Positions 1-17,427 of a DNA stretch of 64,000 nt are shown here, piece after piece (within the stretch, counting starts at the first letter, position 1; the number at the start of each line of letters is the position of its first letter). The position numbers and the translations under genes were made by a program. The stretch is taken from assembly GCF_009914755.1 (NCBI RefSeq), contig NC_060941.1; one strand, 5' to 3'. Under the pieces are notes generated by a model. It saw only the letters and a list, made by a program, of their open reading frames with translations. It was not told the DNA's origin and did not search any database. The DNA comes from the human T2T-CHM13v2.0 reference genome, Homo sapiens.

Positions 1-133
1 AAAATACAAAAATTAGCCGGCAGGGTGGTCAGCTACTCGGGAGGCTGACGCATGAGAATCGCTTGAACCTGGGAAGTGGAGGCTGCAATGAGCTGAGATC
101 ACAACAGAGTGAGAAACTGTCTCAAAAAAAAAC
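1..133 (+). mobile_element. Alu (partial, right arm)
   Basis: aaaatacaaaaattagcc linker, right arm, A tail. Confidence 0.9.
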
Positions 134-360
134 AGCAATGAGCCAAAGAGATGCTTAGGGTCCCTCCCTTCAGGACACTTCCAATCTAACAAATACCACG
201 CAGAGAGTATTTGGCGAACAGTAGAGAAATAGTCACACAGATACATATGGAGTTCAGAGTCACACGTGCAGGAAGGCAGGTACGGGGAGAGACTGTGATA
301 AGGAAACTGAATTTAAGAGGATAGGATCAGGAGACATGCTATGGAAAAAATGACATTTCA

Positions 361-692
361 GGCCGGGCGCAGTGCCTCACGCCTGTAATCCCAGCACTTT
401 GGGAGGCCGAGGCAGGCAGATCACCTGAGGTCAGGAGTTTGAGACCAGCCTGGCCAACAGAATGAAACCCCAACTCTACTAAAAATATAAAAATTGCCCG
501 GGCATGGTGGCATGCGCCTTTAGTCCCGGCTACTCAGAAGACTGAGGCAGGAGAATCACTTGAAGTCCCAGCGACTCAGGAGGCTGAGGTTGAACCCAGG
601 AGGCGGTGGTTACAGTGAGCCGAGATGGCACCACTGCAATCCAGCCTGGGCAACAGAGACTCGGTCTCAAAAAAAATAATAATAAATAATAA
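361..692 (+). mobile_element. AluS with internal ~28-bp self-duplication
   Basis: Alu consensus; extra agtcccagcgactcaggaggctgagg at about 563-589. Confidence 0.93.
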
Positions 693-699
693 ATGAAGC

Positions 700-1425
700 T
701 GAGGTGTCATAGGATCTAAATTATGCTTTTAAAATATTGTTCTGGATGGAGAATGGACTGGAGAAGAACAGAGTCAGGAGACCACCAAGGTCACTATTGT
801 GATTTATATTGTCGGTTACTTAGGTTCTGTCGTGGCTTGCGCTAGAGGGCTGGTGGCAGAGATGGACAGGAGCAGATGGTTTGGAGGTATATTTTGAAGA
901 TGAGTTGACAGGGATTGCTCATGGATTGGATGTGGGGATGAGGTTGAAGGAGGAATTGGGATGGCCTTAAGGATTCTGGCTTGGGCAACTGATAGATGGG
1001 GGTGCTGCTTACTGAAATGGGAAGGTGAGAAGAGAGGTATACGTTGGAGAAAGATGAGTGGATTTTGTGATGTCAGTGAGGCATCTAACACAGACAGAAA
1101 TGAGTCTGGAGCTTAGGTGAGAGATCTGGGAGACCAATTTGAGCGTATTTGGCGAATAGGAGATTTAAAAATCCTGGGGATGGATGAGAGGAAGAAAGCA
1201 TGAAATATAAATGGGAAAGGGGTTCAAGTCTGAGCCTTCAAGGATGGCAGCATATGGAGATCAGGTTGAATCTAAAAGAATCAGGAGTCTAAAAGAATTG
1301 GCCAGAAAGTTAGGAGGAAAACACAGAAATGCACCAAGGAATGCAAGTTTCAAGAGGAGGAGAGTGACCAGAGGTGCTGAATGCTGCCAAGAGATCGAGT
1401 AGGAAGAGAATGGAAAACTGTCCGC
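700..1425 (-). mobile_element. L2 LINE fragment(s)
   Basis: Purine-rich L2-like text (tattttgaag..gagttgacagga.ttgct.atggattggatgtgggg; tggcttgggcaactg; tgctgaatgctgccaagagatcgagtagga). Confidence 0.65.
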
Positions 1426-1941
1426 TGGAGCAGTTCTCAACTGGGGGTGATTATTGCCTCACGAGGATGCTTGGCAATGCCTATAGACATTCTTGGTTGT
1501 CAAAACATAGGAGGTGCTACTGGTATCTAGAGTGTAGAGGCCAGGGATACTGCTAAAATCCTCTACAGCACAGACAGCCCCTCACAACAAAGAATTATCT
1601 GGCTCCAGCTGGGCGCGGTGGCTCACGCCTATAATCCCAGCACTTTGGGAGGCCGAGGCAGGTGAATCACAAGGTCAGGAGTTCAAGACCAGCCTGGCCA
1701 ACATGGTGAAACCTCGTTTCTTCTAAAAATTCAAAAAATTAGCCGGGCATGGTGGTAGGTGCCTGTAATTCCATCTACTCGTGAGGCTGAGGCAGGAGAA
1801 TCACTTGAACCCAGGAGGCCGAGATTGCGCTACTGCACTCCAGCCCAGGCGACAGTGCGAGACTCCGTTTCAAAAAAAAAAAAAAAAAAAAAAGCATTAT
1901 CTGGCTCCAAATGTCCATAGTGCCAAGGCTGGGAAGCCTTG
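1426..1941 (+). mobile_element. MER20 (hAT) DNA transposon split by an Alu
   Basis: gttctcaactgggggtgatt...ggtgctactggtatctag..gtagaggccagggat...acaacaaagaattatctggc. Alu TSD attatctggctcca. Confidence 0.85.
1607..1892 (+). mobile_element. AluS
   Basis: Alu consensus, A tail, TSD. Confidence 0.93.
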
Positions 1942-4275
1942 TTCTACAGGAAGAGGTGATTGAAGATGGATGGAACTCTGGATTCAGCTTTGACGCTCAG
2001 GGCCACCCCTGGCCCGCCCTGGAGTCTTACGGTTACTAAATGGATGCGGGAGAAGGGGCCCCATAGGGCTGAGCCCTGCACATTCATCATCCATTGTGTG
2101 ACCTCCCAGGGGATCTGCTGGCATCTGTAACAGGTGGAATTCCTCCTCCGTGGACCTGGCAGCCGGACCACAAAGGGCTATAGGTACCACTGGGAGCCTG
2201 CAATAAAATCTTAGAAAAAGCATTCCCCCAGGGGCGACTCCCTCGTAACCCCAGCCCCATCACCTTCAACAGGCCAGAATACAGACTGCAGTCTGAACCC
2301 ACCCAAAGGAAGAGGGGTGAGTTTCCTGGGCTGTTTTGGTGGTTGTGTCTACTGTAAACACACCAGGGACTGGGAATAAGAGGAACAACCGATTCAGAAG
2401 GCAAACCATTTCCAAACAAATGTCTAACTGGCACACTGTAGATAATTAACACCCTCCACCCCACCACAGGAGTTTCCTTCTAAAATGAAATCTGACCTTG
2501 TTCTTTGCTTGAAACCCCTCACTGGCCCTCCTTTAGAGTTCAGCTCACACAGGACTCCCCCTTTCTGAGTTTTCCTGGGCATGCCCCCACCACTGCTGGT
2601 CTGGAGGCAGCAAAGTTCTGGTCCGTGGCTTCTAGATCATGCTAGGTTATGCTAGCTCATCACTATGGCATGAGCTCTGCGAAGACAAGAGCTGGCTCTT
2701 TCCCAGCCGCTGCCACAGCACCAGTGCTTAGCAGGCGCTCACTCAATGGTTGCTGAATGAATGAGTGAAGGCAAGGGACTTTGCTTTTTTTCTTCCAGCA
2801 GTGACAATTTCAGAGCAACCGCTATCAAAGAAAATGAATTCGTTGCCATTAAGCAAGCAGTTGTGAATCAGAGTTCCTTTTTTTTTTTAATCGGAGGCAT
2901 CCAGCTCCATGGGCCTTTTCTTCCCATCCATCTTTGTAAGTTGACGATGTCAGCGTCCTAAATAGAAACGCTCTTTATGTGAGGAAGCCGGATGCTGATG
3001 GGCTGAATCTGTTCCTGGGTTTTTTTGATGCTGATGAACCTAGACCAGGGTTATCTGGGTTGCTCCTCTCCACCCAGCTACTGTTGCACACACACACGGC
3101 CATCCAGGCCAAAGGAGGGGATGAAAGCACTTTCCTTTCTTTTTCCATTTCTCCCTGGAAACCTTTGAGCCACACAATCAAGACTGCCTCTCTCATGAAG
3201 GTGACCAGAGCTTGGAGTTTTCCACTGGGTGCCCTCTGCCCGATGGCCCTCGTGCCATCGCCACTAACCGGGGACTCAGAAGCATGCTTTGGGGATTCAG
3301 GACCAGCTGATAGCCCAGCTCTGTGCTTTCCTTATTCTCATTTTTGCTGTGTTGCTGTTTCCTGTTAGGGCCTGAACTTCAGCTCTCAAAAACCTCTTAG
3401 CTTCAAGTTTGTTCTCATAGTCATTAATGGACTCTGCAGGGCAGTGCCGTATTGTGGGGTGGGGGTGGGAGGGGAATTAGTGTGATTTTTTTCAGGCAGA
3501 GAGAGCCCCTCCATTAGTCACACAGACCACTGAGACCCTGCCCGCCCATAAGAGTCATAAAGCTGTTTGCACCATGTCACATGTAAAATGACCATCATCA
3601 ACACCAAAGCAGGAAAAGGGGTGAAGCCAAAAGCTGAGCAGGTTGGACTGGTTATGTGGCTGATACATAGTGTCTTGCCGCTGCCAAGATTTTCATCCCA
3701 GCTCCTTGATGCTCTGCCAAGATTTCAAGGTGAAGATCCCAGCGGAGGAATGAGGAACTCTGCACGATAAGTCGGAGCATGCCTGCAGAGGCCACAGGCA
3801 GTGCGGCCATACCCGCAAGGCTGAGTTGGCAGTTTTGGGGTGCAAGAACAAACCTCAACTTCTAGCCTGCAGGACTAGCCCAGGCTGGAGAATCTGAAAG
3901 CCATGCTGGGAGAGATCTAACCCAGAGGCCTTTGATATTGGCTTCTAGTCAAGTTCAAGTCCAGTACTTTCTCCTCCATTCACTGCAGTAGTTCCTGAGG
4001 TCTGGCTTCCATCATGAGATGGGGAGTGACCAAAGAAAATGGCATCTATACTGGCCTCCTGGGGGCTGCCACCTGCAGCAATCTCCCCTAGACACAAATG
4101 TGTAGGGCGCGTGCAGCTTCTCAATCTTCAGACATACCTCCAGGGCAAAGGAAGGGAAAGAAAAAGGAATGTCTTTCCTAGTCAAGGAAGTAGAAGTAGA
4201 GGGTTTTGTGTGTGTGTGCTTCCTTTTTTAAATCTTCATTGATTCATGTAATGAAAAGCAAAGGAGTCTCTAGCC

Positions 4276-4829
<554 letters not shown>

Positions 4830-5905
4830 TTAGTAAAACCTACTGGTATCAAGACTCATTAATGAATTCCTTTAGTTAGCATTTACTAAGCACCTACTGA
4901 GTGCCAGCTCCACACTAAGCATTGAGGGTACAAAAACAAGATTATGTCAGCCCTCAAAGGTCCTGTCTTCTACTGCCTTTTGAATTGATCATCTTGTTAC
5001 AGATGAAGCAATTTCTCATCCCCTTTATTTTGGAGGATATAAAGGCCATCTTACTAGTGATAAATACAGCATAGTAAGTTGAATAGGGGAAATTTGCAAT
5101 TGTTTGTACTCAGATAGCAACAAAGGAGAAAGAATAACATGAGGCTGTCCTAGAAGCATGGGCCCCTGACGTGGCATAATTAAATGTTTTTCAGACAGAA
5201 TTTGATTTTGAACTTTCCCCTTAAGTTGGGTGACTAAGTCTCCAGGTCCCTGGGTCATAGCCTTCCTGGACCAAGAACTCCTTGGCAGCCAGTTCATTGG
5301 TCCCCACAGATCTAAATATCTGTTGAATTCTCTGTTAAGGGAGAGAGAACAGAACAAAAGGAGATACATCTAGCTTTTCCAATAACTGTCAAGGGTGAGA
5401 GATTAAATGTTGTTTGCTAAGGACCGGCCCTCAGAAAGGGAACAGAGAGATCAACTAAGTAAATATTGTCATATTTAGCTGTACCCTTCGGTACAAAGAG
5501 CTTCATCCAAATCACTCGGCTCCCTCAAATGAAAAATATTTTCATTCTGGTCTACATCTTGGCCTTTGAGGGTGGTAAAGATTTTCCGTTACCTCTAATG
5601 GCCAGATTTAACACAGCTGCCTCATGCCGGGGTACATCGTTAAGTTCACTTGGTTGTGCTGTTATTATCTTTTTTTTTTTCCCGTTTCCCTCAAGTCCAT
5701 CTGTTTCTTTCTGAGAGTAACGCAGCTGTTTTGCAGTGGGTTCCAACTTACTGGGGCCTGCATGCTTCTTGGAAAATAAGAGGACTTGATGACATCACTG
5801 GGATGGGGAGAAGTCCCTGCTGCCAAAGGGGTCCCTGGTGGGAGCCTCTAAAACTGGAGGGAGAGGGAGGAAGCCTGCAAAGGAGACACAAGAGAAGGGT
5901 CCTCA

Positions 5906-6676
<771 letters not shown>

Positions 6677-6804
6677 TCACACAGTCATGTGTGATCTACT
6701 TTCCTCAAACTTGTACACATAGTCATCCTCAGAGGATTCCCAGGACTAGTCAGGGAAGACTTTACAGCAGAGATGGAATCTGAGCTGGGCCTTAAAAACA
6801 TAAT

Positions 6805-7374
6805 AGGTTTATGTTTATTTTTTGCTCATAAATTAATACATGATCCTTGTAAAAAAAATTCCGACATGATACAAACACAAAACAGAGCAAATCTCCTATG
6901 ATCCCTCATCACAGACATCGCTGTTAAAGTTGGTGTTTATACTTAAACATAATGCATAAATAGTATTATTTTATAAAACTAAACTCACACTATGCACACC
7001 ATCTCGCAACATGCATTATTTCACTAACCACATAAGCTTGCCATTTTTCTGTGCAGCACACGCCTGTCTAGTGAGTTTTAGGTGGCCGGATAATATGCCA
7101 GTGAAGGCCAGGTTCAGTGGCTCACGCCTGTAATCCCAGCACTTTGGGAGGCCAAGGCAGGCAGATCGCTTAAGGTCAGAAGTTCCAGACCCACCTAGGC
7201 AACATGGCAAAACCCCATCTCTATAAAAAATACAAAAATTAGCCGGGTGTGATGGCACATGCCTGGAGTACCAGCTACTCTGGAGACTGAGGGAAGAGGA
7301 TCACTTGAGCCCAGGAGTCGGAGGCTGCTGCAGTGAGCTGAGATCCCGGGCAGCAGAGCAAGACCCTACCTCAA

Positions 7375-7421
<47 letters not shown>

Positions 7422-7640
7422 GCGAGTGTACGGTGGTGCCATGTGTACATCATTCTCCATTTGATGGACATTTAGGGTGTTTCCATTCTTATTATGGTAC
7501 TGCAAGAAACAGCCATAGATATATTTTGAGAGTTGTTCTAACGTCTCTGTAGAATAAATCTAAAAGTGAAAGTGTTGAGTCAATGGACATATGGGTTGAG
7601 ATTTTCCTAGATATAACAAAATTGCCCACACCCTGCGGCT
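6805..7640 (-). mobile_element. Old L1M (L1ME/MC-like) 3' fragment split by an Alu
   Basis: ttgatggacatttagggtgtttcca...ctaaaagtgaaagtgttgagtcaatgg...caaaattgccc. Confidence 0.55.
7106..7421 (+). mobile_element. AluJ with (AAT)n tail
   Basis: Alu consensus; about 15 AAT units at 7375-7421. Confidence 0.92.
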
Positions 7641-8714
7641 ACATTAAATTGCCCCTGACTCACACTTGGATGGGAGCAAACTCAGGTCTGAAGATGTGTG
7701 AGATGGAATGGACAGTGTAGTGAATGGCTGAAAATGAGGAGTCTCAGTGCATGGTCAAGGGTCAGTGAGGCACAAGGGAAAAACATTGAGTACCAAGTCA
7801 ATGAATTTGGACTTTATTCTGCAGGTCGCAGAGAGTCTTCAAAGCAGGGGTCACCAAAAATAAAAAATTCCGTTGGCCAAGAAAAAAGAAAAAGCAGGGG
7901 TTATCAGCAACCGTGCAAGGGGACTCTACCTGTGACCTCACCAGAGGGGCTGACTGTCTTGTGGGGATGGTGAGGGCAAGCTCCTGGGTGCCCAGAGGTT
8001 TAGGACCCTTCAAATCCATCAACCTACATCCTTCCCTCTTCTGCTACCCCCTTTCATGAACAAATTGCCCTCAGCCATCTTGACAACAATAAGATTTTAT
8101 TAATGAATAGGAACATTTGGAAATAAAAAGGTGTTAAACAGTAGTCCAGTTCTCAACAACCCTGGCTGCACCATTTTCAGACCAATAATTGGCATGGCAA
8201 CTCACTTCCCAAGGAACAATGAGGTGTTCTTTTTCAGACCTCATTCCTTCCAAACCCGGGAAAGATAAGACGCCAAGTCTCGCTGAAGCACCGTGCCTAG
8301 TGCTGATTTTAAAAGCCACTGCTGTTCTCTTGGCCTAATAATGCGAAGCTACCTCAGCATTTGGATCAAACCCCATTTTTACTGGGATTACTACAAAAAA
8401 TGATAGTGCCCAACTTCATCCTAGAGAAAGAGTTTTCATTTTTTTTTTTAATTTTTCAAGGGGAAAAAAACCATTTAAACTGCTGCAGTAATTGGCATGA
8501 ATGATGTTCCCCAGAACTCAGTGTTCAGAGCAGCAGTTGCAAATCCTACCAATTGAATTTGGTAGTGAAATGCCAGACCAAGTAGGTCAAACAAAATCAA
8601 GGCATATGAATTCCTAAATGCCAGATCAAAAGCAGAGAATCTAAGTCTCTGCCAGGAGTGCAGTTGCTGATTGTGGCATTGTGGGTCATTGAATCAATAG
8701 AAAGAGCCCTTGGG

Positions 8715-9020
<306 letters not shown>

Positions 9021-10022
9021 CTATCACCCTATATCCCAAAAGGAACAGACCAGGGAGGGAAGAATTCATCCAAGCAAAACATTCATGGAAGGGAGAAACA
9101 GTTGGGCTTTTCATAGAGGGATCTGTGCAAAAGATAACCCCTAGAACCTATGAATTGGGATTCCCAACTTGTGTGCTCTGTGTCTAGATGATTCAGCCCT
9201 AATGTGGTGAGGGCCCTGGCTCTGGGAGCCTCCCAGGCGGTCACAGCCACTGCATTTGATCATCATCAATTCTGTGTCTGAGTCCCTCCCTCCCTTCCAA
9301 AGAATGGACAGATGGACAGATGGGATGGAGAAGTGAGATGACGTCAAAGGCAAGGCATGGAAAGTGACCAGCACAGTCCCTGGCACACAGTAAGCATTTC
9401 ATAAGTGTTCCCTTCTCTCTGCTTTGACCCTGGCTTCGAGCTCTGCAGATGGGTTGCAGGAATGGTGGCTCCGTGGAAACCATGTGTCTTTGGAAAGTGG
9501 CCACCGTGAGTGGCGTCACAGGAGTTTGTTTGCGTGTCGCTTTTCCCTTGTCGGTGTGAGTGGAGAACAGGAGCAGAGGTGTGATACCAATAGCTCCAGC
9601 TCTCAGGATCATGGGATCCTCCGCCGGCTCAGCAAGATCCTGCAGAAGTTACAGCCATTTGTGCTGCTGAGACTTTTCAAAAAAAATGTGTTATTGCCTC
9701 TGTTATGGTTTAACCTGAATTCCGGATGGCACGTGTCTCTGCTACTTCACCTCGAAGAAACCTTAGAAGTTACATTTGCTGTTTGTTTTGTGCCAAGTCT
9801 GGGCCATCTGTGGCACTGCAGTGCCGGGATGGTACCCAAGGCAGTATTGCCATGCTATCTCTGTCTGCCACGAGCCTTCTTACAGCTGTACTATAGAAAA
9901 CTAACATTTAAGACTTTCAAAGAAGGAAGCAAGAGCTGAAGGGCCCAAGGCTCTCAGCCAGGAGTGAACAGATACAACAAGCTCTTCTTCAGTTCCATCT
10001 CATGGAGAACTTCCCTCTGTAA

Positions 10023-10321
<299 letters not shown>

Positions 10322-10450
10322 CTGCTCTGTTCTTTCAAGAAAACAGGCAATGAGTCCACACAAGTTGCTCATAACTGGGGCCAGCCACATCAGCCCCTGC
10401 TGTTTTTAGTCTTATTAAAGTAAAACACCAGAACTTCTTGGCCCTTAGAA

Positions 10451-10592
10451 CAGAGTTCCCAAATCAGGTCAGCATCACCCAGGGAGGTTTTGAAAACTGG
10501 AGATATCCGGGTCCCACCTTAGACCAACCCAACCAGACTCAACTGGTCTGGGACCCAAGAATCAGTGTGTAAATGCACCAGGTTTGGGAAAA
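10451..10592. mobile_element. MER5A-like degenerate MITE
   Basis: cagagttcccaaa...cagcatcaccc.ggga...tcccacc...gtttgggaa termini. Confidence 0.55.
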
Positions 10593-10600
10593 TGGCCTCA

Positions 10601-10960
<360 letters not shown>

Positions 10961-11417
10961 AGAAAGTGATTTGTTTTGATTGACACATTGAGGAGGAGCT
11001 CCTGGTTAAGATGACCAACCCCTGAGCTCAGAAGGCCCAGTCTGTTACTCAAGGGCTGCGGGAGCAATATGCCTTATCACATCTACTATCCATTCACCAT
11101 AGGGAAGCTTTGCCTAAGAGAGCTCAACTTACTGAGGTCAAGGTTTTAAACCACTTTATTGTTACTTAATTTGGGGGAGGAGGGATGCAGGGGGGTTAGC
11201 AATGTAAGCCTGTAAGCCTGCCCATTCCCCGATTGTGAGAGAGGTCAGTGCCTTTGAATTTTGTTCTGTCTGTTGGGAATCTGACGCCATCTGTAGAATC
11301 AGATCCAAAGTCTTCCTTGACAGCTACTAGCGTTAATTATAACATAAGTTTGTGCAGTTTTTTTCCTAAGTTGCTTCTGATTTGGGGGTGGCTTCAGATT
11401 GACATTATTGAAGTTTA

Positions 11418-11804
<387 letters not shown>

Positions 11805-12144
11805 TTAGCACTCTAAGAATCTGCAACAATGACTATGATGTTTGAGGTGGCATTTTTCTCCTTGAGAAATAAGACCTGACAGAGCGATTGTCTGCTCCAC
11901 ATCTAGTTATTCAGACTCCAAATACAACTGTTCAGCTTCTGTTCCAAAAATACCCAAGAAAGAATAAGTGTTATTAAGGTGCTTGTCTTCATCTTTTATT
12001 ATTAAGAGGCCCAGAGAAAGACTTATAATTACTAGCTCATTAGCTTGGGCCTTAGAATTTTCAACGAAAATTTCTCACAAAATTGCTAAACCTGGTTTTA
12101 GAAGGTATGGAACTAACTTTTGAGAAAAATAAATTCCACCATTT

Positions 12145-12429
12145 AGAGTCTCACTGTCGCCCAAGCTGGAGTGCAGTGATGCAACCACGGCTCACCGCAA
12201 CCTCCACCCCTCCAGGCTCAAGCGATCCTCCTACCACAGCCTCCTGACTACCAGCACATGCCACCACACCAGCTATTTGTGTGTGTGGGTGTGTGTGTGT
12301 GGGTGTGTCGTGATGGGGATCTTGCAGTGTTGCCTAGGCTGGTCTCAAACTCATGGGCTCAAGTGGTCCACCTGCCTCAGCCTCCCAAAGTGCTGGGATT
12401 ACAAGTACGAGCCACCACTGCACCCAGCC
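12145..12429 (-). mobile_element. AluJ with (GT)n in linker
   Basis: Reverse Alu consensus. Confidence 0.88.
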
Positions 12430-12431
12430 AA

Positions 12432-12525
12432 CATTGTCTCCATTTTATAGATAAGGAAACTGAGGCTTAGAGAGTCTAAGTAACTGGCTGGAAGTTTCAG
12501 GAAGCCTGGATTCAAACCCCAAAGT
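12432..12525 (-). mobile_element. MIR fragment
   Basis: ccattttatagataaggaaactgaggcttagagag..taagtaact...ggattcaaaccc. Confidence 0.8.
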
Positions 12526-12892
12526 GTCCTACCCCAAAGATTATGCTTCCCCTACACCAAGTAAGACTCCTTCAGGTAAAGCTAGACGTACAAACAACTG
12601 TTGTCTTTGGAAATCACTCTAAGAAATAGTTCCCTTCTTAAATATATCTTCCCAACCCCGAGTCTCAGTGACTAAATGATCTTAGGGAAAGACTGGTATG
12701 TAGAAAAAGAAGGGCCTTTGAGACGGTTGGTTACCTGATGTGATAGAATTCCACTCCTCATCTTTGGGGAGAAGTTTCCTCTTTACAAACATTCCAGAAC
12801 ATAGTGGATTGGCCAAAAGCAGCTTGGGTCTGTAAAAAAAACCAAAAACTAAAAACTAGCCATCCTCCATTAGAGAATAGAAACCTTTTATT

Positions 12893-13059
12893 ATTTTTTT
12901 TCTTTTACACAAGGTCTCACTTTGTTGCCCAGGCTGGAGTGCAGTGGCACCATCACGACCCACTGCTGTCTTGACCTCCTGGGTTTAAGCCATTCTCCTG
13001 CCTTGGCCCCCTAAGTAGCTGGGACTACAGGTGCACACCATCACACCCAGCTAATTTTG

Positions 13060-13093
<34 letters not shown>

Positions 13094-13210
13094 TAGAGAC
13101 GGGGTTTCACCATGTTAGGTTTCCCAGGCTGGTCTCGAGCTCCTCAGCTCTAACCATCTGCCCGCCTCAGCCTCCCAAAGATGACAGGTGTGAGCCACCA
13201 CACCCAGCCC
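12893..13210 (-). mobile_element. AluJ
   Basis: Reverse Alu consensus, long T linker. Confidence 0.9.
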
Positions 13211-14477
13211 AGGAAGCTATTTTTAAAAAGAAAAAAAAAAGCCATTAGTCACCAAAGAACCCATCTACAGACCCTAATTCAGAAATATTCCTTTTCTCAC
13301 TTTAGCATCCACACGATAGTCTTAGAGTTAAATAACTTGCCCAGGTTCACACAGTAGTTACTGGAGCTGAAATTCAAACCTGGGGGCAGGGCATGTGTTC
13401 TCTCACTTCAAAGCCTCCTCAGTTCATCTCTCAGTTCTGCTCCACAGATCTGAGGACCCCACAAGGTGCTCCCGGGCATGGTAAACAGTGAAATACATTG
13501 TATCAAACAGTGAAGGGAGAAACAGCCTGAAGAATCCACTCATCACTTTTACCTGCTTTATATACTGGGATTCCAAAAGTGCATTTGGAGAAACAAAATG
13601 AGTTCTGAAGCTCAAATAAGTTTGAAATCTAAAAGTGGAAATATTTTATTGTCTTCAAATTACAGACTGATTGGCTTATTGAACATCTCTACCCTGGTTT
13701 CTGTTCGACAAGTTGGAGGCCTAAATTTCCCAAAATAATACAGTACACAAGGAGCAAGCTAGACTTAGGGACAGTTAATCTGGTGCTGATCACTGTTGGC
13801 ATGCTGCAACTCATCGAGATATTTGTCAGCCTATTATCAGCTTTTGATTTAATAAACTTAAGCTATCTCTAGGCCAAATTGTAGATCCTCGGTAGGAATG
13901 CAGGCTGTTAATGCCTCCCCATAGCCTTCGTCTAAAGAGCACTGCTAAAATCAGAGTGGAGAACAGCCTCAAGTTCAAAGGCTGCAAACCGAGCCAGGTT
14001 CTAATAAGCTCCCTTTATGGGAGGAGCTGGGTTCTTGGCCTCTCACTGTCTCATGTATTAAGGTGGGGTCCTCTCCAGTGTGCCCTTGAATGACCTTATT
14101 GCTTTTGATTAGAGGTTACCTTGAACTATACTCATATTGCCAAACGGAACAGGTTAGTGTTCTGCAACAGGATGTTAGGGAGACAGCTCTTGTTGCTCTG
14201 GAACTGGGAACCAGGCCCAAAGCTGGGGACAAAGAGGAATTGGGACTCCACATTCACCAGGCAGCTGCTAATCACCAGTGGCCCAGATGACCCTCTTCCC
14301 ACAGCTCTGGTTGCCCCTATCTTCCCCTTCCCTAGGCCCTATGTGGAGATGAAGGAGGGGAGTTTGTAGTCATTGGGAGTATACTTCTTGCCTCACCCCA
14401 ATCCCATGTGACAGGAGTAGTATTCTGAGAGAATCAACTACAGTAGCTGGGGCATCTGCAAAAAAAAGCTGGCTATA

Positions 14478-14762
14478 GGCCCAGTGCAGTGGCTCTAATC
14501 CCAGCACTTTGGGAGGCCAAGGCGGGAGGATCACTTGAGGCCAGGAGTTTGAGACCAGCCCAGACAATATAGCAACAGCCCATCTACAAAATATTTTTAA
14601 AAATTAGCTGGGCCCAGTGGCACATGCCTGTGGTCTTAGCTACTCAGGAAGCTGAGGTGGGAGGATTGCTTGAGCCTAAGAGTTCAAGGCTGCAGTGAGC
14701 CATGATTGCACCACTGCACTCCAGCCTGGGTGACAGAGTGAGACCCTGACACACACACAAAA
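14478..14762 (+). mobile_element. AluJ
   Basis: Alu consensus. Confidence 0.9.
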
Positions 14763-15045
14763 AATAGTTGACTGTTTGCTGAGCCGGGAACTTGCAGGCC
14801 CACCCTCAATGCTGCCATCCTGCAAGACTTGGGTGATACTAATAAGTGTCCCCAAAAGCTTGCAGAGGAACGTAGAGATTGCACCTGCTGCCCATCTGGA
14901 AATTTCTAAAGGAGTTTTTGAAGGAGCCCATGGCTAGGGCTGAGATGGAACCATGGGAGTGTGAGCTTGGGAATAGCACGGGGGCATCCCCTTGGGCATT
15001 ATTGAAAATGCAGGTAATAGTGGGCTACTTTTAGTAGCTTGCTTA

Positions 15046-15839
<794 letters not shown>

Positions 15840-15925
15840 AGGATGAAATGAGAAAGCGAATCTGAAGTGCCTGACACAGACTCTGGTACGGAGCAAGCAC
15901 TTGAAAACGTTAGCTCCTAGGGTGA

Positions 15926-16425
<500 letters not shown>

Positions 16426-16802
16426 TGAGTTTCAAGTGTTTGTGGCACTGAACTATAACTGAGAAGGGTACAAAACAGAAACATTCCCCTTGCCACAGCT
16501 GCCTTTCAGTGCCTTTCTACACATCAGATGCACCTTATGAGTCAAACTCCTTTAAGAGAGTCATTTTGCAGAGAAAAAACACAAACCGCTCAGGGTTTGC
16601 GGTGCATTCTAGTGCCAAGAGCAAATGCTTTAAAAATAGCACTTTAGGTATTAACTGCTAACAAAGCAAGAATTGACTGCTTCTGGCATGATTTGCATTT
16701 AGGGTTTTGGTTTGTTTTTTTTTAAGTTGATGCATAGCAGTTGACCTTTTAAGTCAAGTTTTAGGTCAGTTCTCCAGCACATTCTGAAAGCTCCTTAGTT
16801 TT

Positions 16803-17427
16803 GTCTCTTTTTTAAAAAACAGCTTTATTGGCTGGGCACAATAGCTCACCACTGTAATCCCAGCACTTTTGGAGGCCAAGGCGGGTGGATCACCTGAGGT
16901 CAGGAGCTTGAGACCAGCCTGGCCAACATGGCGAAACCCCATCTCTACTAAAAATACAAAAATCAGCCGGGTGTGCTGGCACGTGCTTGTAATCCCAGCT
17001 ACTTGGGAGGCTGAGACAGGAGAATTGCTGGAACTTGGGACGTGGTGGTTGCAGTGAGCCGAGATTGCACCATTGCTCTCTAGCCCAGGTGACAGAATGA
17101 GACTCCGTCTAAAAAAAAAACCCAAAAAAACAGCTTTATTGAGATATAGATCACATACCATACAATTCAGCCATTTTGAATGTATAGTTCAGTGGATTTT
17201 ACTATAATCACATGTTTACCTCACCACAATCAAATGTAAAACATTTTCATCACCCCACAAAGAAACCTCATATGTTTTAGCTATCATCTCCCTACCCTCT
17301 CCCCTCACCCATCTCCCAAGCCTCAGCAACCACACTGATCTACTTTCTGTCTCCATAGATTTCCCTTTTCTGGGCATTTCATATGAATAGGGTCACTTAA
17401 TAAGTGGTCTTTGGGGACTAGCTGCTT
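16803..17427 (-). mobile_element. 5'-truncated L1M (L1MB-like) 3' end with preserved TSD, Alu nested in its tail
   Basis: agctttattgagatata..tcacataccatacaattca...; TSD TGAAAGCTCCTT(A/G)GTTTT at 16785-16802 and 17428-17445. Confidence 0.8.
16830..17130 (+). mobile_element. AluS
   Basis: Alu consensus; TSD aaaaaacagctttattg. Confidence 0.93.

Noticed and set aside
4062-4080. CTCF-like GCAGGTGGCAG (minus strand)
   Set aside because: Lacks the 5' CCA of the core; too weak without ChIP data.
9424-9939. 171-aa plus-strand ORF in unique sequence
   Set aside because: Starts at TTG, has no recognisable domain or convincing splice context, and is not part of recalled PITPNC1. Compatible with chance.
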